Of a DNA stretch of 62,278 bases, positions 29,383 through 37,957 are shown piece by piece; within the stretch, counting starts at the first letter, position 1, and the number at the start of each line of letters is the position of its first letter. The notes beneath the pieces are model-generated. The model had not been told where the DNA came from and made no database searches. It saw only the letters and a program-made list of their open reading frames with translations. Both the position numbers and the translations under genes were made by a program. Source of the stretch: Candidatus Iainarchaeum sp. GTDB lineage: Archaea > Iainarchaeota > Iainarchaeia > Iainarchaeales > JAFCCJ01. The stretch lies in NCBI GenBank assembly GCA_017610305.1, contig JAFCCJ010000001.1:1-62278 (forward strand), written 5' to 3'.

Positions 29383-30003
29383 TTACTCAATCTTAACAAC
29401 CTTATCGCAGAACTGGGCCATTTTGGTTAGTATTGGTTCTGTATCGACGGCATTAACCGCAATCAGGAATCCTTTTCGCCCTGGCTTTTCCCTTATCCTG
29501 GTTGTGATGCCGTGAATAAACCGCTCAATTGTCTTTTCATCGTGGTAAATCAGAAGAGTTGAAATTGAGTCCAAGATTATGAAAATTTCATTACTTGGAG
29601 AATTTGCCAAAGTCTTCTCGAGAGAAATCTCAAGTGCAGTCAATTCTTTCAGGCTTCCAATAAGGTGGAATTGATCCCCCTCGGTTTCATTGACATTGTG
29701 TATTGAACTAATACAATCAATAAAGAAAATATCCTTGGCATCCACCTTGTTCCTTTTAAGATGCTTCATTATTGTTGGAAATGGCTTGCTTCCTGCGATA
29801 TAAACTCCGGGTATTTTATTTTCATGGGCGAGGAGCCTTATAAGTTCAGTTCCTGCGTCGGTAAGGTTGAATTCATTCAGCAGAAACATGTGGACAAAGT
29901 CCTCTTCAAGGGCGCCAATCTCCTTCTTAATCTTATTTCGAAGTTCCATGCTCTTGGAATTAAGAAGCATATCTAGTACTTTGTCGTTATTTTTATCCGG
30001 CAT
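29383..30003 (-). CDS. RecA/KaiC-fold-like protein lacking a recognisable Walker A
   Basis: Walker-B-like FIILDSISTLL and a KaiC-like layout (VYIAGSKPF...FFIDCISS), but no GxxGxGK[ST]. Confidence 0.4.
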   Translation of the reverse strand: MPDKNNDKVLDMLLNSKSMELRNKIKKEIGALEEDFVHMFLLNEFNLTDAGTELIRLLAHENKIPGVYIAGSKPFPTIMKHLKRNKVDAKDIFFIDCISSIHNVNETEGDQFHLIGSLKELTALEISLEKTLANSPSNEIFIILDSISTLLIYHDEKTIERFIHGITTRIREKPGRKGFLIAVNAVDTEPILTKMAQFCDKVVKIE

Positions 30004-30117
30004 TTTAACCTATAAATAAGGGGGATGATCATATAATAAATTATCGAAACAAAATTCAGCCAGTTATATATGGGGCATTATAGTAGTTTAGAGAATATGG
30101 CTAAGAAAATGACACAC

Positions 30118-30321
30118 TTAAGCATCATCTTCATAATACTGGTCAAACTCGCTTTCTTCCTCGAGGATTTGCTGCTTTTCGGTTTTGACCTTTAACCTTC
30201 CGCCCTGAACTACAACCATTAGGCCAATAGTGCATTCAGGGCATTCAAGATCGTCCCCTTCATCATACTCATTGATACTTAAATCAAAGTATTCCTTGCA
30301 CTCAGGACAGATTACTTTCAT
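30118..30321 (-). CDS. LysW/ArgW-like zinc-ribbon protein with an acidic C-terminal tail (candidate amino-group carrier / ligase substrate)
   Basis: CPEC-x19-CPEC ribbon, then GLMVVVQGGRLKV, then the acidic tail EEESEFDQYYEDDA. The ATG at 30321 (MKVICPEC) is preferred over the track start at 30339. Confidence 0.5.
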   Translation of the reverse strand: MKVICPECKEYFDLSINEYDEGDDLECPECTIGLMVVVQGGRLKVKTEKQQILEEESEFDQYYEDDA

Positions 30322-30418
30322 TATTCCCACCAAAAACACCTGTCAAACAATATTATTTACCGTACCCGTAAAATTTATAAAGTTAATTTTTCGGGCAGAA
30401 TTAGCATTTTGGCCCTGC

Positions 30419-31099
30419 TTAAGCAAGTAGACCGACCAAAAGGTCCAAAGCGAGATTGTATACGGTGTCAACCAGGATATAAAATCCGGCTGCAATCACA
30501 AAAATTATTATATTCTTGAACACACTGGATTTCTTGGTTAATGAAATCAGGGAATAAAGCAGGTATAGCCCAAGGAAGAATAACACGATGAAGAGCAAAG
30601 CCGCCAGAATAAAACCAATAATAACCACAATACTTAGGCCTGCTGAAAGCTCAGGCGAAAGGGATGCGATTTCAGCAACTATCTGTTCAGTGGATGCCCC
30701 CCCAAACGTGCCTGACAAGGCCTGCATATTTGAGAGAAAGCTCGGAAATACAAACAACAAAACCAACAGAACAATGATTGTGGAAATAGACACCCCTATC
30801 CATGGCAAGAAAAGGACAAATGAAAATGCCGTAAGAACTCCGGTGAGTTTTCCACTCAATTCAGCCCCCTTAAGGCCGCGAAGAACAATGTAAAGCCCAA
30901 GGCCAACAAAGAACCATAAAATCAAATTAAACGCAAGCAGAGACAATGCCCCTCCAAATATTCCCCCTATTGCATCTGGCCCAATTAAGATAAATGAAAT
31001 AATTGCATTGAAAATCCATGGCAGAATAACAAAGAAAAGTGCGAGCGGAATGCTTGGCTTTTCATAAAGCCTAACTAAAAATGATTTCAGGGGATTCAA
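30419..31099 (-). CDS. Polytopic membrane protein (possibly Yip1-like)
   Basis: About 5 TM segments after a short soluble N-terminus. Family assignment is weak. Confidence 0.5.
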   Translation of the reverse strand: MNPLKSFLVRLYEKPSIPLALFFVILPWIFNAIISFILIGPDAIGGIFGGALSLLAFNLILWFFVGLGLYIVLRGLKGAELSGKLTGVLTAFSFVLFLPWIGVSISTIIVLLVLLFVFPSFLSNMQALSGTFGGASTEQIVAEIASLSPELSAGLSIVVIIGFILAALLFIVLFFLGLYLLYSLISLTKKSSVFKNIIIFVIAAGFYILVDTVYNLALDLLVGLLA

Positions 31100-31146
31100 T
31101 TAAACCACAGTAAATAGATAGAACTGGTAATATTTAAAGCTATTCT

Positions 31147-31488
31147 TTATTCAGCTGACCCCTTTACTTCAGGAAATATTGTATAGGCCAGTATTATTCC
31201 GAGAACTGCAAGAGGCAAAGCCATTTCGGTTAAAGCTATTAGTATCATCAGAATATCTCCTAAGATACCAACATAGTAAAGTGTTTTCTTTTTTATGATG
31301 AACCCTACCCCGCCTAAAAATATCATCACGCCAGATAATCCCAACAAAGGAATAAGTATTATTGTTGGGAGAATGGATGGATTAACAAGCCCTTCACCAC
31401 CGCCTTGAATTGTCATCATAATTCCAACAGATCCTGCGAGAAATCCGAAGATAAGGTGGCCTAGCATTGCCGAAGTACTGCCTTTCAT
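31147..31488 (-). CDS. Small membrane protein
   Basis: 113 aa with 4 hydrophobic segments. Confidence 0.5.
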   Translation of the reverse strand: MKGSTSAMLGHLIFGFLAGSVGIMMTIQGGGEGLVNPSILPTIILIPLLGLSGVMIFLGGVGFIIKKKTLYYVGILGDILMILIALTEMALPLAVLGIILAYTIFPEVKGSAE

Positions 31489-31519
31489 GATAATTAAATA
31501 AGTTAGGTAATATTTAAAT

Positions 31520-32482
31520 CTATTGGAAGAGCTTTCTCACAGGATCCAGGATTTCTGTTAGGCCTTCCGCAACCGCATTCTTTAAATCTGCGGGGTGGAG
31601 ATCTTTTTTCACAAATGCCTTTTCCAGTTCACTGAAATCATCAAACCTCAATGAACCGCCGTATTTCTCATCCCTCTTTATTTCCAAAGAATTTGTCCTC
31701 GGGAACACAACAAGCTTTGCAATTTCCAATACAGGATTTTCCTCTGTTTCGCCTGCAGGGCAGTTTGCCTTGTTCAGTTTTCTCTTAATGTCCTCAGGGG
31801 AGTCCCTTACTGAAATTATTGAGTCAGGCTCAGAGGAAGACATTTTACCTGAGCTTGTAAGTGAAGAGACCAATGGTGTGTGGACAAGGATTGGTTTCTT
31901 GTATTCCACCTTATTTAAAATTTCCCTTGCAAGCATATGGATCTTCCTCTGCTCAATCCCTGATTGCGCGATATCAACACCCAAATGCTTAATGTCATTG
32001 ATTTGCATTAAGGGATAAATAATTTGTGAAACTGAAGCATGGTCAATGTCCCTTGCAACTTCCTGCATAGAGCGCATGCCGCGATTTACGGTTGTGCCTA
32101 TGGAAAGTTTCAGCAAATCATCAATGTATTCGCTCTTTCTCTGGAAATCAGTTCCCAAAACAAATTCCGGGTTTTTCAAGCCAAGTTTTGTAAAGCCTTT
32201 CTTCCAGACCTTTACAATTTTCCCAATTTCATCCCAGCTTCCCTTTCGGTTAAGCCATGCATGCCAGTCGGCGAAAAGCACTTTAACTTTAATTCCTGCA
32301 TTCTCCAAATCAATTAGTTTTGTAACAGTAACCAGATGCCCTAAATGGATTTCCCCTGAGGGCTCATAACCGCAATAGGCATAGGGGCTTTTTCCTTTCT
32401 CCAGCAGTTCCTTCATTTCACTTGGTTCCACAACTTCCACAGTATTCCTGGAAACCAATTCAATTTTTTCATCAATATTCAT
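31520..32482 (-). CDS. tyrS: Tyrosyl-tRNA synthetase, archaeal/eukaryal short type
   Basis: HIGH-type HLGH, KMSSS, and a layout closely paralleling methanogen TyrRS (CGYEPSGEIHLGH...DIHYLG-like region). The ATG at 32482 is preferred over the upstream TTG at 32497. Confidence 0.95.
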   Translation of the reverse strand: MNIDEKIELVSRNTVEVVEPSEMKELLEKGKSPYAYCGYEPSGEIHLGHLVTVTKLIDLENAGIKVKVLFADWHAWLNRKGSWDEIGKIVKVWKKGFTKLGLKNPEFVLGTDFQRKSEYIDDLLKLSIGTTVNRGMRSMQEVARDIDHASVSQIIYPLMQINDIKHLGVDIAQSGIEQRKIHMLAREILNKVEYKKPILVHTPLVSSLTSSGKMSSSEPDSIISVRDSPEDIKRKLNKANCPAGETEENPVLEIAKLVVFPRTNSLEIKRDEKYGGSLRFDDFSELEKAFVKKDLHPADLKNAVAEGLTEILDPVRKLFQ

Positions 32483-32567
32483 CTTTCTCGCCCGCAATAC
32501 TAACTAAAACGAAGAAAGATATAAATAGCTTGTTGCGCTTGTGTTTTTACGTCGGGAAGAGGATTAT

Positions 32568-32981
32568 ATGGTAACACTTAGAAGACCTAAAAGAGCCACC
32601 TCTTTAGGTTGGGGGCATAATGCCACACCCAGTGGCGCGGCAAAAACTTTTGATGTTCGTCACCCTAAAGCTCAGGCACTTATTAAGCATCATGGGAAAG
32701 AGGGCATTACTGTGGCGTCGGAATTTTTTGGAAAGATTAACGGGGGGAATTCAGTTTTTGGGCGAACTAATAAGGGAAGTACTCCGATTGCGATAGAATT
32801 TTTAGAAAACTTAGGGATAAAAAATGCTGTTGAATTTGCTAAACTTGTAAGTAACCCACGAATGGCCAAAGCATTAATAGAGCAAGTTGGTTACGAGAAA
32901 ATTAACGAGCATTTTAATTTGGTAAAAAAATCAATTATAGAAGAAAAAACCGTTGCCGAGATTGTTGAACTTATTGGGTAG
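32568..32981 (+). CDS. Basic orphan protein, first of a tandem paralog pair
   Basis: ATG at 32568. The C-terminal half aligns with the next ORF (IAIEFLENLGIKNAVEFAKLV vs FVKGLVKELGVDKVVRVAEVV; TVAEIVELI vs NVNEIVEGL). Confidence 0.55.
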   Translation: MVTLRRPKRATSLGWGHNATPSGAAKTFDVRHPKAQALIKHHGKEGITVASEFFGKINGGNSVFGRTNKGSTPIAIEFLENLGIKNAVEFAKLVSNPRMAKALIEQVGYEKINEHFNLVKKSIIEEKTVAEIVELIG

Positions 32982-32988
32982 ATATAAT

Positions 32989-33369
32989 ATGCAACCACGC
33001 AAGCCACTGAGAAATAAAAGACCTACTGATGCAGAACTTAAGAAATTGCACGACACTCCTGAAATAAGGGAACTTGGTTCAGCGCTAAGCAAAAAATTGG
33101 GCAACAGGTCAATGTCATTTATTACAATCTCGAGCAGGGTTGCAAATAAACGCGGCAATGAACATTTTGTTAAGGGTTTGGTAAAGGAATTGGGTGTTGA
33201 TAAGGTGGTTAGAGTTGCTGAGGTTGTAACTGCTTTGGTTGAGAGGCGGGTTGATGTGGAATTGATTGAGAAGAATTTTGATTTAATTATAATTGAATCT
33301 AAAAAAAAGCAGAATGTTAATGAAATTGTGGAAGGGTTGCAGAATAAATTTAAACGGCAAGTGAAATAA
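32989..33369 (+). CDS. Basic orphan protein, second of a tandem paralog pair
   Basis: The ATG at 32989 lies 8 nt after the upstream TAG. Similar to the preceding ORF. Confidence 0.55.
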   Translation: MQPRKPLRNKRPTDAELKKLHDTPEIRELGSALSKKLGNRSMSFITISSRVANKRGNEHFVKGLVKELGVDKVVRVAEVVTALVERRVDVELIEKNFDLIIIESKKKQNVNEIVEGLQNKFKRQVK

Positions 33370-33409
33370 ATAGTCCCAATTTTAAATTGAATCTGCCTAA
33401 TTATTTATC

Positions 33410-33826
33410 ATGCGTAAAGTAATGGCTTTTGGGGCATTTGATATTCTCCATCCCGGGCACCTATATTATTTTAGGGAAGCGAAGAAATTGGGGGATGAAC
33501 TGATTGTTGTGGTTGCAACCGATTCCAATATTGAGAAATTGAAGGGTTCTGACCCCCTAAATGACCAGGAACAAAGGTTGGAAGTTGTGAAGGCGGTGAA
33601 ATCTGTTGATGATGCCATGCTTGGGAGTGAGGAGAATATGTTTGACATTATTTCTGAACTTAAGCCAGGGATTATTGCCCTGGGTTATGACCAAAAAGTT
33701 GATGGGAAAGGACTGAGGGCGTTCCTTGAAAAAAATAAAATTAATTCCGAAATTGTGAGAATTGGCGCATTTGAGGCTGAAAGGCATAAGAGTTCGCTGA
33801 TAAAGAAAAAGTTGGGAATTAGTTAA
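33410..33826 (+). CDS. ribL: FAD synthase (RibL-type cytidylyltransferase-family nucleotidyltransferase)
   Basis: GAFDILHPGH (HxGH) motif. ~138 aa, the archaeal RibL size and layout. Confidence 0.8.
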   Translation: MRKVMAFGAFDILHPGHLYYFREAKKLGDELIVVVATDSNIEKLKGSDPLNDQEQRLEVVKAVKSVDDAMLGSEENMFDIISELKPGIIALGYDQKVDGKGLRAFLEKNKINSEIVRIGAFEAERHKSSLIKKKLGIS

Positions 33827-34395
33827 ACAACCATCTTCTTTTCCTTCGCCCTTTTGTAAATGAACTTGAGAAATATTTTCGCAAACCTCGGGCCAAAGTA
33901 TTTCACCATTATTCCAGGGGTGAAATTCACTTCCACAACCAATGCCTCGTTATCTGACCTTATGAGGTCAACCGCACAAAGTTCAGCCCCCGCAATTGTT
34001 GCGGAATTGAGCACAATATCTTTATACTTCTCGGGAAAATCAACTAACCTGGGCCTTCCTCCCCTTGAAACATTTGACCTTAAATCATCTTCCCCGGCAA
34101 TCCTTCTCACAGCATATACTTCCTTTCCAACAACATAACATCTCAAATCCTCCCTGCCACTTTCCACAAATTTCTGAAGAAGGATAAATTCCTTGAAAAC
34201 CTGCAAAGTGTCAAGTATTGGGGTGAATTCCTGCTTGGAACTGGCAAACATCACACCCTTTCCCCCAAACCCGCTCAGCATTTTAACCACAATGGGATAA
34301 CCCATCTTTTCGGCAATCATAACCGCAGGAACTGTCCCCACGCAAAGCGCGGAATCAGGAATTGGCACCTTTATTTCGCTCAAAGCTTTTGACAT
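33823..34395 (-). CDS. RimK/LysX-type ATP-grasp ligase, catalytic (C-terminal) fragment
   Basis: Gly-rich loop VVKMLSGFGGKGV, RSNVSRGG and the Mg-site VVEVNFTPG. Same reading frame as 34420..34704, separated from it only by a TAG and 8 sense codons. Confidence 0.8.
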   Translation of the reverse strand: MSKALSEIKVPIPDSALCVGTVPAVMIAEKMGYPIVVKMLSGFGGKGVMFASSKQEFTPILDTLQVFKEFILLQKFVESGREDLRCYVVGKEVYAVRRIAGEDDLRSNVSRGGRPRLVDFPEKYKDIVLNSATIAGAELCAVDLIRSDNEALVVEVNFTPGIMVKYFGPRFAKIFLKFIYKRAKEKKMVV

Positions 34396-34419
34396 ATAAT
34401 ATTTGTGGTTGCTTAACTG

Positions 34420-34704
34420 CTAGGCCTCTGAACTTGTGGGGAGGTAAACCTCTGAACTCTGGAGGATGTCAAGAACCACTTCCCCGAAAACAAAATCCTC
34501 CGCAAATAATCTGGGGAGACATGCGTCGAATTTAGTTAAGTCGGTGTTTTTGTAGTAAAGCATGGGTTTTTTGCCGTTTAACTCAACCCGGATAGAAGTT
34601 AAGGGGACCAAAAGAACAGTTTCAAAGAGCCTCTTTCCCTCGGCAACAAAATACTGGCTTGCCTTGCCCAGGCTTTTGGAACCGCTTATTATCAGCAGCC
34701 TCAT
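34420..34704 (-). CDS. RimK/LysX-type ATP-grasp ligase, pre-ATP-grasp (N-terminal) fragment ending at an in-frame TAG
   Basis: 94-aa pre-ATP-grasp-like domain (MRLLIISG...). Its ATG overlaps the stop of the upstream gene (ATGA). Confidence 0.7.
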   Translation of the reverse strand: MRLLIISGSKSLGKASQYFVAEGKRLFETVLLVPLTSIRVELNGKKPMLYYKNTDLTKFDACLPRLFAEDFVFGEVVLDILQSSEVYLPTSSEA

Positions 34705-35540
34705 TCATTCCCCTTCTCATAGTAGTGTGATGCTATCATTGCCTCTATGCTCTTGCCCAAGGGTTTGTTGAAACGCTCAAAATCAATCACCGGATTGACG
34801 CCAATAACCCTTCCTGAAATCAGGTTCACAACCGCAATATCAAAGCCTATCGCCCTGCATGCCCGTAACGCGGTTTCCTTATCCTCACTTCCCAGAGAGG
34901 TTGAGATTAATTTTTCGGCATGCTCGAACTTATCCAGATTCCACTTTCTCTTCAAGCCCACAATTTCCTTTCCAACCACAATGCAGTAATTAAGGTCATC
35001 CTGAAAATACTCCTGAATCATCACGGCATCAATCTTTGATTTGAAGCTTGTGGAAACTGATTTTAGGTTCCTTTCCGACTCCACAACAATCTGCTGCATC
35101 TTCTTTTGCCCAACAAAAGTCTTGAAAACAAGCGGAAATTTGAATCCGTTTGAGGCCTGGCCTATAAGTTCAATTGAGGGAATTATGGTTGTTTTTGATA
35201 TGGGAATTTCCTTGCTTGCCAGAACTGAAAAAAGAAAGGGCTTGTTTGAGGAAATGTAATAACTCTCAGGCTTGAGCTGGCAGTAAATGCCTTTTTCAGT
35301 GAGCTCATCGAGGAAGGGCTCAACAAACTGCGTAAACTGCGGGCCTGCCTCAAGGTAAACTGAATCATATTTCCTGAAATTTATTTTGCCAATAACAATT
35401 TTTGTAAAATTGTCAGCAGTAAATAGGCCAATCTTATTTATCTTGATAAATGGAGCATTTTCAAACCCCTTATCAAGAAGGGCATTCTTAAGGCGTGCCA
35501 AATCTGGAGATTTTTCTTCGCCGATGATTACACAATTCAT
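34701..35540 (-). CDS. RimK-like ATP-grasp-fold protein with degenerate catalytic motifs
   Basis: RimK-like length and N-terminal domain. The Gly-rich loop is replaced (VFKTFVGQKKMQQ) and the E-x-N Mg site reads GVNPV. Confidence 0.65.
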   Translation of the reverse strand: MNCVIIGEEKSPDLARLKNALLDKGFENAPFIKINKIGLFTADNFTKIVIGKINFRKYDSVYLEAGPQFTQFVEPFLDELTEKGIYCQLKPESYYISSNKPFLFSVLASKEIPISKTTIIPSIELIGQASNGFKFPLVFKTFVGQKKMQQIVVESERNLKSVSTSFKSKIDAVMIQEYFQDDLNYCIVVGKEIVGLKRKWNLDKFEHAEKLISTSLGSEDKETALRACRAIGFDIAVVNLISGRVIGVNPVIDFERFNKPLGKSIEAMIASHYYEKGNE

Positions 35541-35558
35541 AAAACCAATCCGGTTTAT

Positions 35559-37088
35559 TCAGAGGATTTTTTTTGCCTTTTTGTCAGGCTTCCAAATCCT
35601 CTTCAGGCGCTTTTCCCCCTCAAGCGCGTTGAAAACATGTTCAGAAAGCAATTCATTTATTGTCTCGTTCTTCCTTATCAGCTTCCTCAGATATCTTTCG
35701 AAAGATTTGCTAAGTTCCTTATAGGAGGAAACATCTGAGTAAATCAGCCCTTCAGAAATTCTCCAATGGGCGGAACTGCCTTTCATCGCAAATACCAAAT
35801 AACCTCGTTTTTTGTCAATCTCGCTCATCGCATCTTCCAAAAGCCTGAAATCGACAAGATAAACTCCGGCTGTTGACTTGCTTGGGTCCATTATCACAAG
35901 TTCATCTTCCTCAATACCGACACAAAGCACATAATGGCCCCGCCCTGTTGATGTCTTAAACAACGCAGGCTTGTTAAACCACAGGATTAATAGTGCCCCT
36001 TCCGCTAACCATGTTTTCAGTTCCTCCTTTAAATCATTGATTTCATCATACCTAACCAAGACCCCTTTGGCCTGGTTGTTTGTTGCCTTTAAAACCGCGG
36101 CAATTAATTTCTTGGGCCCTGTTCCGCCAGGCACCTTGGTATTTGCAAACTTCCCTATTTCCTCCTGGGTGGTATCAAAGCCAAAGAAGGAAAGCATCAT
36201 GGAGGCGGAAGCGGGTCCGCAATAGGCGGGAATCTGGGCGACAAAATTAGACCTTATATTTTCCAGGCGAAGGATGTCCTGCTTTGTCCTTTTGATGTAA
36301 ATCCTTTCATTAATTAATTCGCTGCTTGGTATGAGAAGATTAAAGCCTGTTGGGAGGCGCAACAAAACCCCCTGGCTTGTCATTCCAATCACTTCCCCTG
36401 CATCATCCTTTACCTTAATCATTTGTCCCGGCTTGATGAGTTTTCTTTCGATATAAATTCCCGCGAAGAAATTCGCAAGAAGGTCTTTTGAAACATAATA
36501 AAGCAGGGCAACACTCAAAAGGACAAATCCGTAGGTGATTGCAATCAATATTTGGTCAATAAACGGCACACTCATGTTTACGAGATTAAGGGAAACGCTG
36601 AAAAGTATGAGAAACAGGAAGACCTTTACAATCACAAGTATGTTGTTGAACACCCCTACTGAAATTCCGGCCTCATCAAGGTATTCATCAAACCCAATTC
36701 TTAAAAGCGCTGTTCGCAGTATGTCGATGAGAAGATTTATCAGGATAAATCCAACAAACATGAGGAGGAGAAGGCTGATTATGTTTGGGCTGATATTCAG
36801 CAGGCCGATGAATATGTCCTGCGCGGCATTGAAGCCAAGGAAGTTCAGGGCCAGAATTATTGAAAGGAAGAAGATGAACCATTCAAGCATTCTCTGGAAG
36901 GAGCGTATTGTTTTTCCTGAACCTGTCAGGAAATTCCTGCCAAAAAAGTTCATTGCCCTGCCTAAAATCTTTGCCACAATAATGCCTAGGAAAATGGCAC
37001 CTATCGCAAGAACCAGCTGCTCAACTGCGGGGTTCCCCAATACCTGGGTGTAATCATTCAGATTGAACAGTGCATCGAAATCTACCAT
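35559..37088 (-). CDS. Membrane protein fusing an MscS-like channel core to a C39-like (papain-fold) cysteine peptidase domain
   Basis: ~5 TM segments. MscS TM3/beta signature LANFFAGIYIERKLIKPGQMIKV..GEVIGMT..GVLLRLPTGFNLLIPSSELI. Then QIPAYCGPASASMML (Gln285/Cys290) and GRGHYVLCVGIEEDELVIMDP (His385). Confidence 0.7.
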   Translation of the reverse strand: MVDFDALFNLNDYTQVLGNPAVEQLVLAIGAIFLGIIVAKILGRAMNFFGRNFLTGSGKTIRSFQRMLEWFIFFLSIILALNFLGFNAAQDIFIGLLNISPNIISLLLLMFVGFILINLLIDILRTALLRIGFDEYLDEAGISVGVFNNILVIVKVFLFLILFSVSLNLVNMSVPFIDQILIAITYGFVLLSVALLYYVSKDLLANFFAGIYIERKLIKPGQMIKVKDDAGEVIGMTSQGVLLRLPTGFNLLIPSSELINERIYIKRTKQDILRLENIRSNFVAQIPAYCGPASASMMLSFFGFDTTQEEIGKFANTKVPGGTGPKKLIAAVLKATNNQAKGVLVRYDEINDLKEELKTWLAEGALLILWFNKPALFKTSTGRGHYVLCVGIEEDELVIMDPSKSTAGVYLVDFRLLEDAMSEIDKKRGYLVFAMKGSSAHWRISEGLIYSDVSSYKELSKSFERYLRKLIRKNETINELLSEHVFNALEGEKRLKRIWKPDKKAKKIL

Positions 37089-37107
37089 TTAATCACATTA
37101 AATGATT

Positions 37108-37126
37108 GTCTTTATTAATATTTATT
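37108..37126. promoter_or_regulatory. AT-rich divergent promoter candidate (TATA-like on both strands) in the 52-bp spacer
   Basis: gtcTTTATTAATATTTATTac lies 15-33 nt upstream of the + ATG (37141) and 20-38 nt upstream of the - ATG (37088). This suggests leaderless transcripts in both directions. Confidence 0.3.
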
Positions 37127-37140
37127 ACTTACTATCCTTA

Positions 37141-37953
37141 ATGAAACTCCTAATTCTTTCTGTGGAGACACAATGGGAAATTAACCGGATTCGTGAAGAG
37201 GCCGAAAAAAAAGGCCATTTGGTTAGTGAGAAAAAGCCCTCGGAATTTGATGAAAAAGAACTTGATGATTTTGACGCAGTCCTTTTTCGTGCTATAAAGG
37301 GAGAGGGGAAAAGGGCAAAGGAAATTGCCGTAAAAGCCAAGAAAAGGGGAATTACTGTTATTGACCGGAAATTGGGAATGGGAAAAGCGGTGACAAAACT
37401 CGCAATTTACTCTCAAATGAAAAAAGCAGGATACTATGTTCCGAAAACTATGCCACTAAATAAGGCTGATTTGGGGAAATTGAAGGAATTCCCGCAGGGG
37501 GAGATTGTTGTGAAATCAACAAGGGGAAAAAGGGGGCAGGATTTATACAAATGCGATAGGGATAATCTAAAAAACCTGATTCCAAAACTGAAAGAAGATG
37601 AAAGATACATTGTTCAGGAATTTGTCAGGATTGAAAAGGAGTACAGGGTTTTTGTTATAGGAGGAATGGTTTACGGCACCTATTCCAAACAATCCAGGGA
37701 CTGGAGGCACAATGTTTCTTTGGGGGCGAAAGTTGTTGAGGAGGAACTAGGGGAGAATGAGGAAATGGTTGCGTTGAAAGCGTTTGAACTGAGCGGGAAT
37801 GACATTGCGGGAATTGATTTGGCCGTCACTCCGAAGGGTTTGTTTGTTCTCGAGGTGAATCGCAGTCCCGGCTTCAAGGGCTTTGAGGAAGCAACTGGGA
37901 AAAACGCGGCGGGGGAAATTGTGGATTTTATTGAGGAGCAAGTTGGGGAATGA
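37141..37953 (+). CDS. RimK/LysX-type ATP-grasp ligase
   Basis: Motifs VVKSTRGKRGQD, WRHNVSLGA and LEVNRSPG. The ATG at 37141 (MKLLILS) is preferred over the track start at 37102. Confidence 0.8.
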   Translation: MKLLILSVETQWEINRIREEAEKKGHLVSEKKPSEFDEKELDDFDAVLFRAIKGEGKRAKEIAVKAKKRGITVIDRKLGMGKAVTKLAIYSQMKKAGYYVPKTMPLNKADLGKLKEFPQGEIVVKSTRGKRGQDLYKCDRDNLKNLIPKLKEDERYIVQEFVRIEKEYRVFVIGGMVYGTYSKQSRDWRHNVSLGAKVVEEELGENEEMVALKAFELSGNDIAGIDLAVTPKGLFVLEVNRSPGFKGFEEATGKNAAGEIVDFIEEQVGE

Positions 37954-37957
37954 GGAA

